DNA of 64,000 bases from Geosiphon pyriformis uo1 (GCA_016748015.1 JAAOMT010000523.1:680156-744155), one strand, 5' to 3'. Positions 15,001 to 28,026 are shown, numbered from the stretch's first letter. Made by a program: numbers and translations. Notes: generated by a model from the letters alone, not told the origin.

Positions 15001-15640
15001 GCCATATTAGCAGTCTGAGCCAAATTTAATTCAGAAGTGAATGTTGTTTTAATAATTTTAGTAAATTTTAAGAGAATAAAAGTCTCTCCAAAACCATTAA
15101 TTTTTAAAAACAATTTTTTGATTGTTGTTAGTTTCTTCTAAGATGATTTTTCAACAATTTTATCCAGTCCAATATTTATAGTAAAAATTTTTTTAACAAA
15201 AACATTGACCAAGTTTTTTAGAAGAAAAAAAAACATCAAAAGAACATCCAACAAAATATTATTATTATCATTACTCAAAAAATCAATCTTCTCTAATGAC
15301 TTTTCCAATACCTTTTTGGTTTGTACCTGTAAATCTTTAAGTATTTGATCAGAATTTTCTTCAGCAAATATAGCATCTTTACCATAATTAAAGCTGGTCT
15401 TCTTAATTAGACACTCTTTTTTTATGTTAATATTATTAGATTTGATAGTGTTACCAATTTTAAAACTTCATTAATAACTACTTAATTCTTTAACAGAAAT
15501 CTCTTTGTTATTAATACTATTTTTTAAAGCACTTTTTTTTTTTTCTTCCTAAATAAAACAGATTTAATACCAATATCAGAACCAGAATTTTTAAGAGGTT
15601 TTTTTATAACAGCAATACTAAAGCCAATAGTGGTTTTATA
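9080..15640 (-). mobile_element. Non-LTR retrotransposon (LINE): ORF1 plus ORF2 with APE endonuclease, RT and RNase H; decayed; interrupted by LTR insertions
   Basis: Minus-strand remnants: endonuclease start KISTYNIKG..ITETKLR (~12959-12830); RT region (ILDIASKFF, HKYLGIFL); RNase H (YSDG, LQAIALVLE); ORF1 Cys/His knuckle near 13590; 5' boundary approximate. Confidence 0.85.
13902..14768 (+). repeat. Solo LTR, family B (867 bp), 4-bp TSD CCAC
   Basis: TGTTAC...ATAACA termini; CCAC at 13898-13901 and 14769-14772; near-identical to 42555-43420 (rc) and to the LTR segments of 44534-53622. Confidence 0.95.
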
Positions 15641-16861
15641 ATCAAGCAAAAATAGTTTGAATTTATTATACTAAATAGTAAAAAACTTTTTTTTAATTTT
15701 TTTTTGAAAATTTGAAACAAAGAAGAAAAAAAAGTTTTATGTAATTTAATATTTAAATCTGATTTATTTTCGGGTTTTTTAATATTAATTATTATTAATA
15801 TTTGTTATTATTATTTTTAAATTTAAAATAACTTTTAATAAAATAATTATTAAAACTAATATATTATACAAAAATTATATTTAAAAAAACTTTTAATTAT
15901 TAATATTATTATAAATATTAAAATTTAAATTATTTGGCTTTTAATTATAAAACAGTTTTTTTTTGTTTTTTTTAAGTTTTTATTAAATTTAAAATTCTTG
16001 TAAATTAGTTTGATTTAAATATATATATAATTATAAAAATTGGAATTTTAATAAATTTAGTTGTCTTTTTTGTAATTATTAAAATAAGCTCTGTTATAAA
16101 TATTAAAGCCTATTTTATTTTTAATTTAATTATTAATTTAAAAATTCCAATTAATTTAAAGATAAATACAAAGCTTATTTTTTAAATATTTATAAAATAA
16201 ATAAGCTTATTATAATCAAATTTTATAAAAAAACAACAATAAAATAAATGTAAAAACATTTTTATAATATTAAGTTTTTATTAAGTACTTAATATTTATT
16301 AACTTAAATTTAATCAGCTAATTACATATAAAAAATACATAAACAAACTTATAATTATAAATAATTTAAATTAATTAAATTTTTTTAGAAAATAAGTTTA
16401 CTACAAAAATCAAAAATATATCTTTTTAACTATCAAAAATATTATTAACAATTTATATATTTACTTATTATATTAAAATTTACAAATAAAAATTTTTCTA
16501 AAAAAATTTAATTCATTTAAACTATAATTATAATTATTAAAAAAACAAAAACAGTTATTTTTATTATTACAATATTTATAACAACTTTGAATATGTTTTT
16601 TAATAACAATTTAATAATCATATTATTTATTTATATATTTTTGGTTATATATTTGCTATATTATTTTAATTTTTTTGAATATTTATTGTTTTAGTTTTTT
16701 ATATTAGTTGGTTTCTTTTTTAAAAATAATTATTAAATATATAAAAATATAACAAATATGCTTTTAAAAAAACAATACAAAATGACAAATTCTATTTTAA
16801 TTTAAATATAATTCTATATAAAACAAAAAAAATTACAAAATATTTATAATTAAAAAACATA

Positions 16862-18110
16862 CACTCGACGGAAAAAAGTCATGGGACACTTTATTATTTC
16901 TTTACTAACTTTTTATTTTATTTAATACTTAAATAACTAGTTGGTCCACCTTCCTTTCTAATACATTCTTCAATATGTTTAGATACACTAATAACCAAAT
17001 TTATATAGATATTTCGTGGAATTGCTTGTCATTCTTCTTGTAACGCGAGAAATAATTTGTGATTATTTTCGGGGTGCGGATTTCGTTTTTTGAGTTGTTT
17101 TTGTAAATAATCTCATAAATGCTCTATTGGATTCAAATCGGGTGATTGTGCTGGCCATTTAGAAAGTAAATTGAGATGTTTTTGAGCCATCCAAGTCTTA
17201 ACATCTTTAGCTATATGAATTGGGGCATTATCTTGAAATAAATAATGTTTATGATAAAATTTATAATTAATCTATGATAATAAATGTTTTTTTAAAAGAT
17301 CAATATATCCAAACTGATTTAATATGCCTTTTACTAAAACTAAAGGACCTAATCCAAACCATAATTCCTCCTCCACCATGCTTTACAATTGGTAATAAAT
17401 TTTCTTTGTTAAATCTTGTTTCTTTTTCTTTCAATACTTTTTGAGGTCCATTAGAAAAAAGACAAAATCTTGATTCATCACTTCAAATAACTTCATTCCA
17501 TTCTTTAATTGTCCAAAAAAAATGTTCAATACATCAATTAAGTCGATTTTCTTGTTGGATTTGAGTTAATAATGGTTTTTTTGCACCAATTCTTGAGTAA
17601 AGACCAATTTTGTGTAAGAAAGTGATAGTTTTTGTTGAAACTTTTTGGATTCTTTTTAATTGTTTTTTGTAATATTTTGATAGTTTTTTATTAAGAAAAG
17701 AAGATCTACCATTTCTGGATTCAATAGTCTTGGTTTTTTTATAATGAGAAACTATATTTTTAATAGTTGATTTAGCATAATTAAGTTGTTTTGATATTTT
17801 ACGTACAGATTTTCCTTCTTTTGAAAGAATAATAATTTTAATACGCTCAAAATCATTTAATTCTTTCCTTTGAACTTTGGATTTTTGAATATTCATGTTT
17901 ATCTCGAAAAATTTTATGTTGATAAAAAAACGCAAATTAAATATTGTTAATTATATCTTTGTTTTGATTAATAATTGTTATTTTAATACATTTCTTACTT
18001 TTTATAGATAGCTAATATAGTTATAAATAAATTTTATAGATATTTTTATCATTTATAGAACACAAAATAATAAAAATGTAAAGTGTTTCATGACTTTTTT
18101 CCATCGAGTA
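16862..18110 (-). mobile_element. Tc1/mariner DNA transposon, decayed
   Basis: ~32-bp TIRs CACTCGACGGAAAAAAGTCATGGGACACTTTA / rc TACTCGATGGAAAAAAGTCATGAAACACTTTA; TA on both flanks. Confidence 0.95.
16930..17896 (-). pseudogene. Tc1-type DDE transposase pseudogene
   Basis: HTH region (GKSVRKISKQL), SDESRF, QDNAPIH, WPAQSPDLNPIEHL; contains stops; 3' end approximate. Confidence 0.9.
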
Positions 18111-18834
18111 TATATGTATTTTATTAATAAAAAAAATTTTAAGTTACAAAACAATTTTACTTATTTGTACATAATTCATATTTAATATATAATAATTAAG
18201 TTATATAAAAATAAAAATTATACTTTTATAAACATATTAAAAAAAACAATTTAAATTTATAAATTATGTTAAATTAATAATTAATAATTTTTTGTGTTTT
18301 TTATTTATTTTATTTATATAATTGTATTTTAACAGTTTGTTATTATTATTAGTTTAAATATATAAAAATGTTTTTAATAATAATAATACAATATATTATT
18401 ATTATATTATATTTATGTAAATTATGAATTATTAAATTATATTTTTACAATTTTATTCAAACTAAATTTAATTTATTTCACATAATAAATTTGAATTATT
18501 TTATTTTATATTTTATGCTATAAACATTTTACTAATGTTTTGCTTTAAATAAAACAAGAATCAAGTAACATTGCCAAAATTGAAATCTGTATATCAAAAT
18601 TAAGAAATGCATGTTGGTCAAATAAGTCATACTTCAGAATATTCATGAAATCTATAAATGATAAATTGACAATTATTTTTTATAGCATTTTCATTTCAGG
18701 CTAAGTCTGGTTTTTTCCTGTTAAATTGTTTTTGCTTTTTAACATAATAATAAATTTTGGAATTTGATATTTAAACTTGAGGGCATCGAAAAAGCCTCGA
18801 GGCTCGACTACATATTAGGCTTCCAGGCAGTCAG

Positions 18835-19715
18835 TTAGAATTTGAGATTGTGAGGGAATACATTTTTTGACAAAGAGAAGCGGGCACGAAGATAATCACG
18901 AAGATGAGGAGTTTTTCTAATTGCAGAAACGAGCGTTTTGTCGACATTTTTCTGGTCGGTAGCTTTGTTTTCCGGAAAAGGTCTTTTCTTCTGTAATTAA
19001 TCAAAATTCCTTATTGTGTTGAAGTATTTACAAGAATGGTTATCTACATGAATCTATAAAATTTACATTACCTTGTCACCCCCTGCAAAGAAATCCTCCT
19101 CAGTGCCTTTCTTTGTCGATTCTTTTTCCTTCTTGAAATATTTATCATCAAACTTGTCAATCTAAAAATTTGATTCAAAAGCAGTTAATAAGAAATTATA
19201 TTACTTGGAAGCCAATTAAATCTTTTTATTACCGAGACACCAGAAATATCTAATTTCGTAGAGGTGGAAATCACGTAAGCTTGATTGACGCGCCTCAACG
19301 GAACTCCATTAAACTTATATGGGCCGGTAATCAAAAGAAGACCACTGGGCAATTGTTTCAAGAACACAACACGCTTGCCACGGAAGCGACCAGCTAACAA
19401 AACAAGAACGGTTCCAGGTGTAATGGAAGAACGAAGTTTCGTAGGCTTATTAATCTTTCGGGATTTCTTAGGTTTAGGGACATCCTCGGCAGGGTAGAAT
19501 CGAGGTGCTTTATTCACCGGAACTAAACGCTGTCCACCATTTTTATCTCCCTTGATCGGCACTGTTTTCGCAAGTTCTGGCTTAGCATCAGACTTTGGTA
19601 CAGGGACCTTTTTGCGTTTATACAAGGCCTTTTTAGCGTAGACAGCTGACCGGGTGTGTCTCGTAATCCCAGGAACAAGGAAAGAATTGCGAGGGGCGTG
19701 GTGAGTGCGTGCCAT
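18835..19715 (-). CDS. RPL6: 60S ribosomal protein L6 (eL6); exons 19715-19233, 19161-19072, 18990-18835
   Basis: [29 protein letters not shown]...[14 protein letters not shown]; GT-AG introns restore the frame to ...FPHNLKF*. Confidence 0.97.
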
Positions 19716-20267
19716 TTTTACCCTTAGAATAGATTCAAGAAAATCAATTAAAAGCTACCCTATCATTAATTTCATAATTGTAGCCTCTCTTTCACCGAAA
19801 GCGTCGAAATTGATAGATTAATGAAAAATAACTTGTGATATATGATGGGAACATCTAAAAGAAAAGTTCCTGAAGAACATATAATGATAATAATTGGCAG
19901 TCTTTTTCAAAATCGGCAAAATGCAAAAGCCTTCACACATTTCAAGAACTTTCCCAGTAGGCTACAAAAATTTATATCACAGGAAAAAGGAACCCTTTCG
20001 ATGTAATTCCCCAGTAAAGAATAGCGGATAAAGGCAACAGTCTAAAACCTACCAAAGACTTCCAGTCGAGGAAAATAAAGAAATGAAACTGCTATATTTA
20101 AAATCTACTCACTTTATCTTTTGTAGTGTGCAACGTCACAAAAGAATTTTTTCACTTCAAACGTGATCAGAGCCCAAATATGATGATTTACATTTTTTGA
20201 TGGGTCAAGTCCAAATAGTCCTTGAATTTTTTCCCCTTTGAATTTTGAGAAGTTTACCATTCTCAAT

Positions 20268-22118
20268 ATGGCGGCTTATGATTTGATACCTCGTATGATT
20301 CCTTACTTGGATAGACACCTTGTCTTCCCTTTATTAGAGTTCTTGTCTTTGAACAAGGTGTTATTATATTGCTTTGTTTTTTTAAACATATATCAGCGAG
20401 AGCTCACGGATCACTTTTATGGGGCGGTTATTGATACATTCAGATATACCCTGAAAAAGATTTACTCTATGCTAAGTATGAGCTCTTAGGAAAAACAAAT
20501 ATGGTGGATTTTACTTCCGGGCTCTATAAGGAGATATACGAGACTGAGGACATTCCGCAAGGTATTAGTTTTCCTTTATCCGATAATTCTCCACGTAGAT
20601 CATTAACCGTTTTGGATTTACCAATCTTAACTTTATCTCTGTAAAACTTTCAATCAAGAGTTCGTTAGCAAGAGGCAGGAGGTACTTCAAACTTTGGGAA
20701 ACCTCCAAACTGAGTCCCAAAAAGTTTTAGATATTATTGAGAATCCTGAAGTGATCGCAGCTCTTCGTCAAGATAAATTGCAAAACTTGCATTTCTTGAA
20801 AGAAAAGTATGGGGTAAGTTACATGCATTTTAATATGAATGAGTTTGTTCATTCCAATGTTTTTGCTTATTATAATTACCTATCTAGCTTACCGACGATA
20901 TGGTTGACACGCTGTACCAATTTGGGCAATTCCAATATAATTGTGGCTCATACGGTGGTGCTGCAGATATGTTGTATCATTTTCGCGTATTGGTGAGTCT
21001 AATTAATGGATTAGAAAGACTCGAATGAGTTGAATTCTGCTTTAATCACTTTAAATCCTGTTTGCTCAGTCAACAGATCACGAAAAAAATCTTTCTGCAT
21101 TGTGGGGAAAACTGGCTTCAGAGATTTTAGACACTAATTGGGATAACGCATTAGAGGAACTACAAAAATTAAGAGAGACCATTGATCAAAAGGTTTGCTG
21201 CTAGATTTTATCGAATATTATGCTTGTTTTGAATATGCTAATATTTGGACAAAATGTAGAACTTTTCATCACCTCTACATCAACTTCAACAACGCTCATG
21301 GTTTATCCATTGGTCGATTTTTGTGTTCTTCAATCATCCAAAAGGGCGTGATGGAATTATTGATGTTTTTTTCCAACCTCAATATCTCAACACAATACAA
21401 ACTTCTTGTCCATGGATACTTCGGTATCTTACGACTGCTGTTGTCACTAACAAACGTCGCAAGAATATCTTGAAGGATCTTGTCAAAATTATTCAACAAG
21501 AAAGTTATGAATACCAAGACCCAATCACTGAATTCGTTGAGAGTTTATATGTGAAATTTGATTTTGAAGGTGCCCAACTTAAGCTCAAACAATGCGATGA
21601 AGTTCTGCAAAATGACTTCTTTTTAGTCGCTACGAAATTGGATTTCATCGAGCATGCCCGTTATCTTATTTCTGAGACCTATTGTCGCATTCATTTGAAA
21701 ATTGATATCAGGTACGTAAGCTGTTAAATCGAATTTAATAATAAATTTGAGGCAGAAATTGATTCTCCAATGGGTATTCAGTGAACTATCACAGACTCTT
21801 AACTTGGAACAAGAAGAAGGGGAAAAATGGATTGTTAATCTCATCCGAGATACACGTGTTGATGCAAAACTTGATTTCAAAGAGGTTTGGTTAATTTGAT
21901 TTCAAAATCCACCAAAGATTACCTCAAATCTATTTCTAATCAATTCTAACATCTGGTTTTAGAACACCGTGATCATGAACCAAAATCATACATCTATTTA
22001 TCAACAGGTAATTGAGCGCACCAAAGGGTTATCTTTTCGTTCTCAAGTATTAGCTTCTACGATTGAAAAACGTGAGGCACAAAATCAAAATCCAAATGCG
22101 GATATTGGCACCGAATAA
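20268..22118 (+). CDS. EIF3E: Translation initiation factor 3 subunit E (Int6), 8 exons
   Basis: [55 protein letters not shown] region, [12 protein letters not shown]; seven GT-AG introns. Confidence 0.97.
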
Positions 22119-22297
22119 AATCAATAGAAAAAGATCAAAAAAGATGTTCTTCATTGTGTACTAATATTTTGCAACGACCCTGAGACAAGAAATGGGATGA
22201 ATTTACATACTGGAGGATCTGCAGGTGTTTAAACTACTGCACTTTTACAAGGGCAATTTTGACCTGAGAACCGGCAACTCCCTATCCTGATACGGTA

Positions 22298-22755
22298 TTA
22301 ACGGTCTGGTGACCATTCGTCGAATGTTGTCATTGTTCTAGTGACCATAATTACCATATCCATCAATGAGTTCACCGAAACGCGTAACATTTTTATGCTC
22401 GAACAATTAAATTCCCTATAATTGAGAATTTCGGGAAACAGACAATAAATAGTGCGGCAGCGCGAATGGTTGGAAAGTTAACTCACACTAAAAGCTGTTC
22501 TTCCTCAGTTCGTATCACTCGCGTTATTTCATCACTTTTAAGTTCCCTATCGACCGCTAGAACCTGTGACGCCATTTTAGCCAGGCGGGTAGAAGGGAAA
22601 GGGATTTTTATAGTCCTGACTCACCACAAGGAATTTAGTGAATTTTTATCATGCAATCGTACACAGATAAATTCGACGTTTGAAAATACGAGTATTTCAT
22701 AATTAGATAAGTAAGCGTATTCTTTAATTTACATTTTTTGTTCGAGAGTCGCCAT
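22298..22755 (-). CDS. PCC1: EKC/KEOPS subunit Pcc1 (LAGE3 family); exons 22755-22733, 22615-22487, 22415-22298
   Basis: Spliced product MATLEQKMTIKIPFPSTRLAKMASQVLAVDRELKSDEITRVIRTEEEQLLVEFNCSSIKMLRVSVNSLMDMVIMVTRTMTTFDEWSPDR*; IPFP, LxVDxEL and LRVSVNS match the Pcc1 pattern; both introns GT-AG. Confidence 0.88.
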
Positions 22756-23061
22756 CTTTTTGAAGGTTATCGCCTTTGGGAAAGCAATTACCAAAAAAGG
22801 AATATATATAATTTTTCAATATCACAGATGTCGATTCAGATATCGTGCGACCAAAGTATCACTAAATTATTGGTAGGCTTGCCTGTTAATCAGAACTCAA
22901 TCAAAACTTGATTACGTGATAAAAAAAGGGTCAGGGATAAAATCAAGGATTCTTGAAATATTAAAGAGCCTTTTTATTTTAATGAATTAATTTTTAGAAA
23001 AAATCTATGATAATATTTATTTACCCAACTGTAATTCATTCGAAAAATCGATACGAATACT

Positions 23062-25299
23062 ATGCCTTATAATATTGCGTAAGACGAATTTATGGTATAT
23101 CTCTGGAAAGAACTTTTCTGCATCAATTGATTTTTAATCAAATACTCAAAATCATTGAATAGCATGGTATCTGACTTCTTTTACCCAAATATGGGTGGTG
23201 TAGAAAGTCATCTGTATCAATTATCTCAAAGACTGATTCAATGTGGGCATAAGGTTGTAACATACTATTGCTAGTGCCAGCATCAAAAACGGCAATTGAA
23301 TCTAATTAAAAGGTTATGCACTGATACAGGTCATCATCATCACCCATTCATACGGAAATCGTACCGGGATTCGGTATCTGACCAATGGGCTGAAAGTCTA
23401 TTACGTACCTCACATGGTAATCTATTCGGAAGCGACCCTGCCCACCATTTACGGCTTTTTCCCAATCTTTCGAAACATTGTGCTTCGGGAGAAGATTGCT
23501 ATTGTACATGGACATCAGGCATTCTCATCCTTATGCCATGAGGCCATCTTGCACGCACGAACCATGGGCATGAAAGCGTGTTTCACTGATCATAGTTTAT
23601 TTGGGTTTGCAGACGCGAGTAGTATTCTCATGAATAAGATGTTGAAATTTACATTGAGTGATATTGATCATGTGATCTGCGTAAGCCATACAAGGTATTT
23701 TGACGCGTTATTCATTTTTCAAGCATTAAAATAATGTAATATATGTTCCGATCACTTTTTAATAGCAAAGAAAACACCGTATTAAGAGCAGTATTGAACC
23801 CTCGTATCGTTTCGGTAATTCCAAATGCTGTCGTAGCATCTCAATTTAAACCAGACCCTGGGGCACGGGATCCAAATTTCAGTGAGATAAAAAATTAATT
23901 ATTAAGTTTTCTCCGTCTATTCACTTTTAATTATTAAAATTTTTAGTTACTATTGTGGTTGCAAGTCGATTGGTATATCGAAAGGGAATGGATTTACTAG
24001 TAGCAGCTATACCGAGAATATGTCAAAATCACGCGAAAGTGCGATTTATAATTGGTAATAGGCTTTGAGTTCTTGTGCGATCGATATGTACAGAACAGAT
24101 TTTATAAATCATAGCCCTTTTGACCAAAAAGTTTTCACTCGATTGGATTACTGCTAAAGGTGGTGATGGTCCAAAGAGAATCGACTTGGAACAAATGCGA
24201 GAGAAATACTTATTGCATGATCGGGTCGAACTACTTGGGCCCGTGGTAAACCATGAAGTTAGAAATGTAAAAACCAAAAGTCATTTATAATTGTTCAGAT
24301 AATATTTCACTCCCTTTGAACCTTTCTCACTATCATGCTTCTTGATCCTATTATTTGTACCAGGTCTTGACAAAAGGCCACATATTCTTGAATACCAGCT
24401 TGACTGAAGCATTTTGTATAGGGATTGTGGAGGCAGCTTGTTGTGGGGATGTATTCATCAAATATTTCCTAAACTGGCCTAATTCATGCAGTTTTTATTG
24501 AGTTGATTAAATATTTTCTTCGATTTCCAGACTGATGGTTGTGAGCACGAAAGTTGGAGGCGTTCCGGAAGTGCTACCTAGACACATGATAATTTTTGCC
24601 AATCCTGAGGAGGACGGTATTAAACAAGATTTTACTTCAATTTATTACACTTATTAAAAATCTATCGCTAAGTCGCTATTTTGTCACTTAAATGTGATTT
24701 ATTTAGATCTCGTAGACGCCGTTTCGAAAGCGATCGAAATGATTCGGTTGAAAAAGGTGATTCCTGCTAAATTCCACGATGAGATCAAAGAAATGTATAG
24801 TTGGGTCAATATTGCGCGACGAACAGAAAAGGTGAAATTAAATTTTTTGACTCCATATTCAAATGACTTTGATGTTCGAGCTGTTAAGTAAAAACGAATT
24901 CACAAAAGGTATATGATGCGATATCGCAAATGAAAACGCCCCCACTAATGGAGAGATTACGAAGGTATGAAACAGCTATGAACTTTAGAAATTATAATGC
25001 ATCATCTTTAATTCTATTTGAATTCTCACTTGAATCTTCAGATATTATGGCTGTGGTGTATGGGCGGGAAAGATATTTTGTGTACTCATTGCGATCGATT
25101 ATCTAATATGGATGTTTTTGGAATGGTTGACACCACGTGAAGATATCGAGATTGCGCCCCCATTTCCGTACGAAAAATATAGAAAGGTTCGCAAAATGAC
25201 TACTATTCAATGATTATTCTATGAAATATTCTGACGTGATTTTAAACTTTACAGATGTGTCAGACGACAAAAAAGGACGACGGAGAGGACTTCAGATGA
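23062..25299 (+). CDS. PIGA: GPI-GlcNAc transferase catalytic subunit PIG-A/Gpi3/Spt14, 12 exons
   Basis: [74 protein letters not shown]; intron 7 has a GG donor. Confidence 0.97.
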
Positions 25300-25638
25300 A
25301 AAATACTCAAATAATTATCCTTTGTTTAATTGCAGAATAAATAAAATGCACACGAATATCAAATTTCCGACTTATCGACAGTCTGTAATCCAGATTGGCC
25401 ATGAGTAATACCTATTTCTTAATATTTCGAGGCTGCTTTACTTCATGTTCTTGGATTGGATTTTCTGATTCCCTGGCCTACTTTCTTCCCGTCAAAGCTG
25501 TTTGAGCTTGAAATTCTTGGAAAAATCTAAAAGATCAAATTTCAAAATTTCAATCATAGAAATGATATTTAAATAATCTGCATCTACAATTTTTCTTACT
25601 GGAGGTTGAAGAGTGATTCTTTTTCCAATTTTCCCACT

Positions 25639-26324
25639 TCAATTGTGTCGAAAAAACTTCATTCCCATCCAAATCCAAAAAACAGCATATACAGTAACTG
25701 ATAAGGTTATTGGTACCAAGAGACAGTAATATTCATCCCTTTTGATCCAATCAAGGGTCTCGGAGATAAAAATATTAAAGTGAGCTTTGGTAAAAGCTCA
25801 ACTCGAGCTTGAAGAATTAGCGTAGCAATTACCCTATTTCCTGTCTCTGGTATGAATTTGCTAACTACAATAGCATACATACTAGTCACAAACATGATAA
25901 AAGAGGCAAACAAAAGAGCCCATCCCCATAAAGAAGTGCTATCTGGCTCTAATTGAGATAGATGTGTAGTTTTTTGTGTATAACTTGGCGTATTGGGACG
26001 CTCAATCGGTGGGATGTGTGGAGATTCGGTAGGCCAGGGAAGGATCATCTCCATTTCTTCTTCATAGAAGTCGTCATCTTGTGTTGCGAGGGAAGATGAG
26101 GGTACCGAAAGAAAATGCCCTTGATTTTGGTGATTGCTGTTCGAGAGGTTTAATAAAGGTGGGGCGACAGTTTTATTTGGGACTTGCAATGGGCTATTGG
26201 GCAGGGAACGAGTAGCACCAAAACTGGGTAAAGTATGAAACTGGGGCTCAGATTTATTTTTCTCTTCATCATTTGTTATTGTCGGAGGGAAGAACGAGGC
26301 ATGATGGTTAAACGTTGAAGACAT
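25639..26324 (-). CDS. PIG-Y/Eri1-domain membrane protein (GPI-GlcNAc transferase subunit Y-like) with a long low-complexity N-terminus; intron 25832-25759
   Basis: C-terminus WGWALLFASFIMFVTSMYAIVVSKFIPETGNR|TLDWIKRDEYYCLLVPITLSVTVYAVFWIWMGMKFFRHN*: two hydrophobic helices and the DxYYCLLVP...GMKFFRHN pattern of PIG-Y-family proteins. Confidence 0.8.
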
Positions 26325-26532
26325 TAGTTCCCAGAACTAAATAGCGTTATGAGCCACAAATTTTGATAGCATCATAAATATTTTGGTAAATATTCTCCGA
26401 AGAGCTTTTAAATTTCTGTGGTTCATGCAAGTTTCCAGTCTTAGTTTTCAATTCCCTGATTTACCATACGTTATTCAAATAGCATCAAGATTGTAAATTC
26501 TATAAAAGAGATAAAATTCGGAAAATAAAAAA

Positions 26533-27915
26533 ATGAAGCCACCAGATAGTCCACAAATTGTCGCCGTGGCTCAATTTTGCGCAACGAATGATGTAGAGGC
26601 GAATGCAGCTATATGCATTGATCTCATCGCGCAAGCTGCTCGTTCTGAAGCTAAGGTAGAATCTCAGGGATAAAAAATTTAAAAGTGCCTGTGATTAGTC
26701 AAAAGTTGAAAAAAGTTAAGAAAAATTTGATATAGAAAGATTTGTCAGCCAAGAAAGTATTTCAATCTAAGATAGTCTTAAAATTTCGCGGTGAATTTAA
26801 AAGAGGACTGAATCATGATTGAATTGTCTCTATATTCACGGCTAGATGATATTTCTTCCCGAAGGATCAGACTTTATTTCCGGATCTCCCGAGGAAAGTA
26901 TCGCGCTAACTCATTCACATAGTGATAAATTCTTGAAATCGCTACAAGATGCTTCAATAGAGCATGGGATCTGGGTATCAGTAGGCGTACATCAAAAGGT
27001 ATATATTTCTGTTTCCTTTATGCCTTTCGCGTTCTAAGTAATGTTTATCAAATCAAGTCTAGATCCCTTCCACGAAGTCTCGTATTCACAACACCCACCT
27101 GATAATCAGCCCCTCACCCCCGTCCCAGGCTACTTCCTCATCCCCACGACTATTTATCCCTGCTGCAACATATCATAAGCTCCATCTCTTTGATGTTACT
27201 ATTATCGACGGGCCGACGCTTAAAGAAAGTGCTGTAATCGCACCCGGAACAGAAGTAATTGATCCGGTGGAGACACCCATTGGGAAATTGGGGTTAGCAG
27301 TATGTTATGATATGCGATTCCCTGAAATATCTACAGAGTTAAGAAAGCGGGGTGCTGAAATTCTCGCATATCCCGCGGCATTCGCTGTGATAACTGGAAG
27401 AGCACATTGGGGTAAGTTGTAAGATATCCGAAATGATGTGGATCGAAAGACGAGCAGTTTTTCGCACTCATAGAATTTTTCACTGGGAAAATGGTTCATC
27501 TCTTTTAGAAGTATTATTACGTGCCAGGGCGATAGAAACTCAAAGTTACGTGATTGCCAGGTGATAGATTGATTTCAAATATAATCAAGCATCTCATTAT
27601 GGATCGTTTTGCTTATCCTTATATTTCGGTTTCAAGCGCTCAATTCGGACAACATAATGAAACTCGTGCAAGCTTTGGAAATGCCATGGTAAAATATTTT
27701 TTATCTGTTGCCTTCCAAATTAGTTTAAGATTGATTTTTTAATCTACCATAATTGTTTCGTCTAGATTATAGACCCGTGGGGAATAATTGTGGCAAGATG
27801 CTCCGAGTCTCCAATATCTAATATAGCACTGGCGAAAATCGATCTTGAACGGCTACGACAAGTTAGAAGAGATATGCCAGTATTTGAACATCGACGTACC
27901 GATATATTTTCATAA
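26533..27915 (+). CDS. NIT1: Carbon-nitrogen hydrolase, NIT1-like (deaminated glutathione amidase), spliced
   Basis: Triad motifs FLPEG, YHKLHLFDV, VCYDMRFPE; AHWEVLLRARAIETQSYV; IIDPWG. Confidence 0.88.
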
Positions 27916-28026
27916 TCTATTTACCTGGCCTTTCAGTTACAATGACAATTTGTTAAAAAATTAAACCTTGTTGTCAAGATATGTAAATTGTTTTTTTCAT
28001 GATAATTGGAAAGCCACGGAATAATT

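Noticed and set aside
15640-16860. Extremely AT-rich tract as a centromere or origin
   Set aside because: No specific motif or repeat unit; similar tracts flank other TE blocks; composition alone is not enough
19860-19990. Hammerhead ribozyme (CTGAAGA)
   Set aside because: No correctly placed stem II, GAAA and stem III; motif is on the strand opposite RPL6
22466-22702. Plus-strand 78-aa ORF, and similar antisense ORFs such as 19285, 21296 and 47154
   Set aside because: Antisense shadows of real genes or TE ORFs
20268-25299. U12-type minor introns in eIF3e and PIG-A
   Set aside because: No RTATCCTT donors at the junctions I resolved
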